From contig NW_025963879.1 in the NCBI RefSeq assembly GCF_023055435.1, positions 15,438,001 to 15,502,000 of the forward strand: a DNA stretch of 64,000 nucleotides, given 5' to 3'. The notes below the pieces were generated by a model, which worked only from the letters and a program-made list of their open reading frames with translations, was not told the origin of the DNA and did not search any database. Position 1 is the first letter of the stretch; the number at the start of each line of letters is the position of its first letter. The position numbers were made by a program, and so were the translations under genes. This DNA is from Haliotis rufescens (taxonomy: Eukaryota). Of this stretch, positions 62,301 through 64,000 are shown in pieces.

Positions 62301-62860
62301 GAAGCATGCGGGTCACCAGACGTGACAAAAATCTCTTAGAATATTACGTTTCCGCTTCTGAAAACGTAATAATGAGCATAAAGGTAATTTAGGTATACAC
62401 ACATCAAAGTGTTATTCTTACCACGTTGTCACTGGTCGGCCTAATTGTGTAGATGTCGAGTCGGGATCGGGTGACAAATTAGTAGATGTGGGTCTTCTCT
62501 TGTTTCCACTTGATTTTCATCGTTTCCATAACGCGAAGCTTGCTCGTTTTGGTTCAAAATCGTATGGTTTTGCGATTTCTTGAAGGGTCAAGGGAACTTC
62601 TTCGGACAAGGCAAGGTATCGGATGCTATGTTGTCTCACCATAAACTGGTACTTGATATCTTTTGCGTTGTGACAAGACAGGGACCCAGTTAAATTGGCA
62701 CCAATTACGTCATAATCTAAGGGAGACAACTCAGGCCTGTTTAGCTCGGAAAACGAACGCCTATAACGGCAAATTCACACATTATTTTCTTTGTTATATC
62801 CAGTATCGGTCGCCAAAATTAGAAGCGGAAACCAGTTTTCCATAACCATAAGCAAGCTCT
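59385..62860. mobile_element. Probable decayed Kolobok-type DNA transposon
   Basis: TTAA|AGGG start. Subterminal inverted repeat 59571-59610 vs 62693-62732. THAP-like PYCFV..C remnant on + (~59695). KPYDFEP and RIVPS...GF remnants on -. The right terminus was not found. Confidence 0.5.
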
Positions 62861-62952
62861 CATAACAACAGATTCCATTGTACGATTCCTTGTTTATGAA
62901 TCACCATCAAATAGTTGAATTAGCTGAATTTTATATCTATACACAATATTCG

Positions 62953-63258
62953 TTTGTTGTGTAAGGCCGCACTCATCAATATTCCAGTTTTATTATGGCG
63001 GTCTGTGAATAATCCGAGTCCGGACCAGGCAATCCTGTGTTTGAAATGCTTGCCGTAAATTATGACTATGCTTGTCGGAGTAGGCGACTTACGGGATCGG
63101 GTGGTCAGGCTCGTTGTCTTGGTTGATGAATGTCATCGTATCCAAACTGCGTGGATCGATACGCATGATGTCAATTACTGGATTGTCTGGTCCAGACTCG
63201 ATTATTTACAGACCGCCGTCATATAGATGGAATATTGCTGGGTGCGGCGTTAAACAAA
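62953..63258. mobile_element. Back-to-back fragments of the non-tRNA-headed element (minus 3' part 62953-63040; plus copy 63046-63258)
   Basis: Direct sequence similarity to the 49019 copy in both orientations. Confidence 0.8.
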
Positions 63259-63439
63259 AAATGAAGAAAAGTGTTTGACATCATGACCATCTATATACAA
63301 AATTCGGATACGTTGACATTCCATCAACCGAAACATACACTCATCATATATACATACATGTACATGTAGGTTGATTGGTACGTTCTGAGCCCTACGCAGA
63401 ATGAATTGCGTAATAGTGACACATTTTGTTGAGGACATT

Positions 63440-63716
63440 ACATGATGTTATACGGCATTAACAAACTTGTGGAATGTACTATCTTCCAAAAGGCCAGACA
63501 ATAAGCGGAGCATATTATCCTACACTTCTGTGGCAATTAGGGGATGGAATTGAGACGTGGGAAGTTGTGAAAAGGCGTGCTCTTCCACCAGGACAATGCG
63601 CTAGTGCACAAATCAGTCATTGTCATGGTTAAAATACACGACTGTGGCTTTGAACTCCTTCAGACTCACCTGTTTCTCCTGATCTGGCTCCGATAGACTT
63701 CCATTAGTTTTCAAAC
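63440..63716 (+). mobile_element. Decayed mariner (DD34D-type) transposase fragment
   Basis: YLPKGQTISG, KGVLFHQDNALVHKS...GFELL, SPDLAPIDFH*F motifs, with frameshifts and a stop. Confidence 0.82.
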
Positions 63717-64000
63717 CAATTTCAGTAAAATCAGATCTTTTTTCTCGCTATCGCTAAACAAAGATCTGTGCTCATTCCATTATGGGTCATGTCAGAACGT
63801 CATTTTGCGAACTTTGACCGACCAATGAAATGACTGACAAGAAGTCGACATTAGCCAATCAGAAATCAGTTTTCTTGAGCTATTGGACACTAGTTACAAA
63901 CTGGCGTGTTTTTCATTCCAGACTACGCTCTGAAAACTATTCCTCGATGCAAAATTGGAAAATTGAACAAGAGAACATTCTGGAATGTCTACTTGATGGC

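Overview
AT-rich, repeat-dense eukaryotic (animal) genomic DNA. It is most likely molluscan, probably gastropod/abalone-like; this is an inference from the SINE repertoire, not from a search. Two intact host genes are supported. The first is a four-exon RGK-family (Rad/Gem/Rem-like) small GTPase on + (CDS 3381-3921, 5689-5774, 6147-6333, 6610-6863; 355 aa; GT-AG introns with consistent phases). The second is a single-coding-exon class A GPCR on - (37903-37043, ~286 aa) bracketed by two minisatellites. The rest is mobile and repetitive DNA: at least four SINE-like families (V-SINE-like, tRNA-Asp-like head, tRNA-Leu/Ser-like head, and a ~260-bp family with no tRNA head and a structured 5' end), Penelope-like RT fragments, two LINE 3' ends, decayed Tc1 and mariner elements, two MITEs, a probable decayed Kolobok element, four minisatellites (29, 38, 50, 53 bp) and several foldback palindromes. 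Best leads: (i) the potentially pseudoknotted 5' head of the non-tRNA element; (ii) a covarying 3' stem-loop shared by four SINE families; (iii) a core motif shared by three minisatellites of different period; (iv) nested higher-order structure in the 29-bp array. No bacterial-type system or CRISPR array is present. Most ORFs in the supplied track are spurious. Family names for repeats come from motif recognition only.
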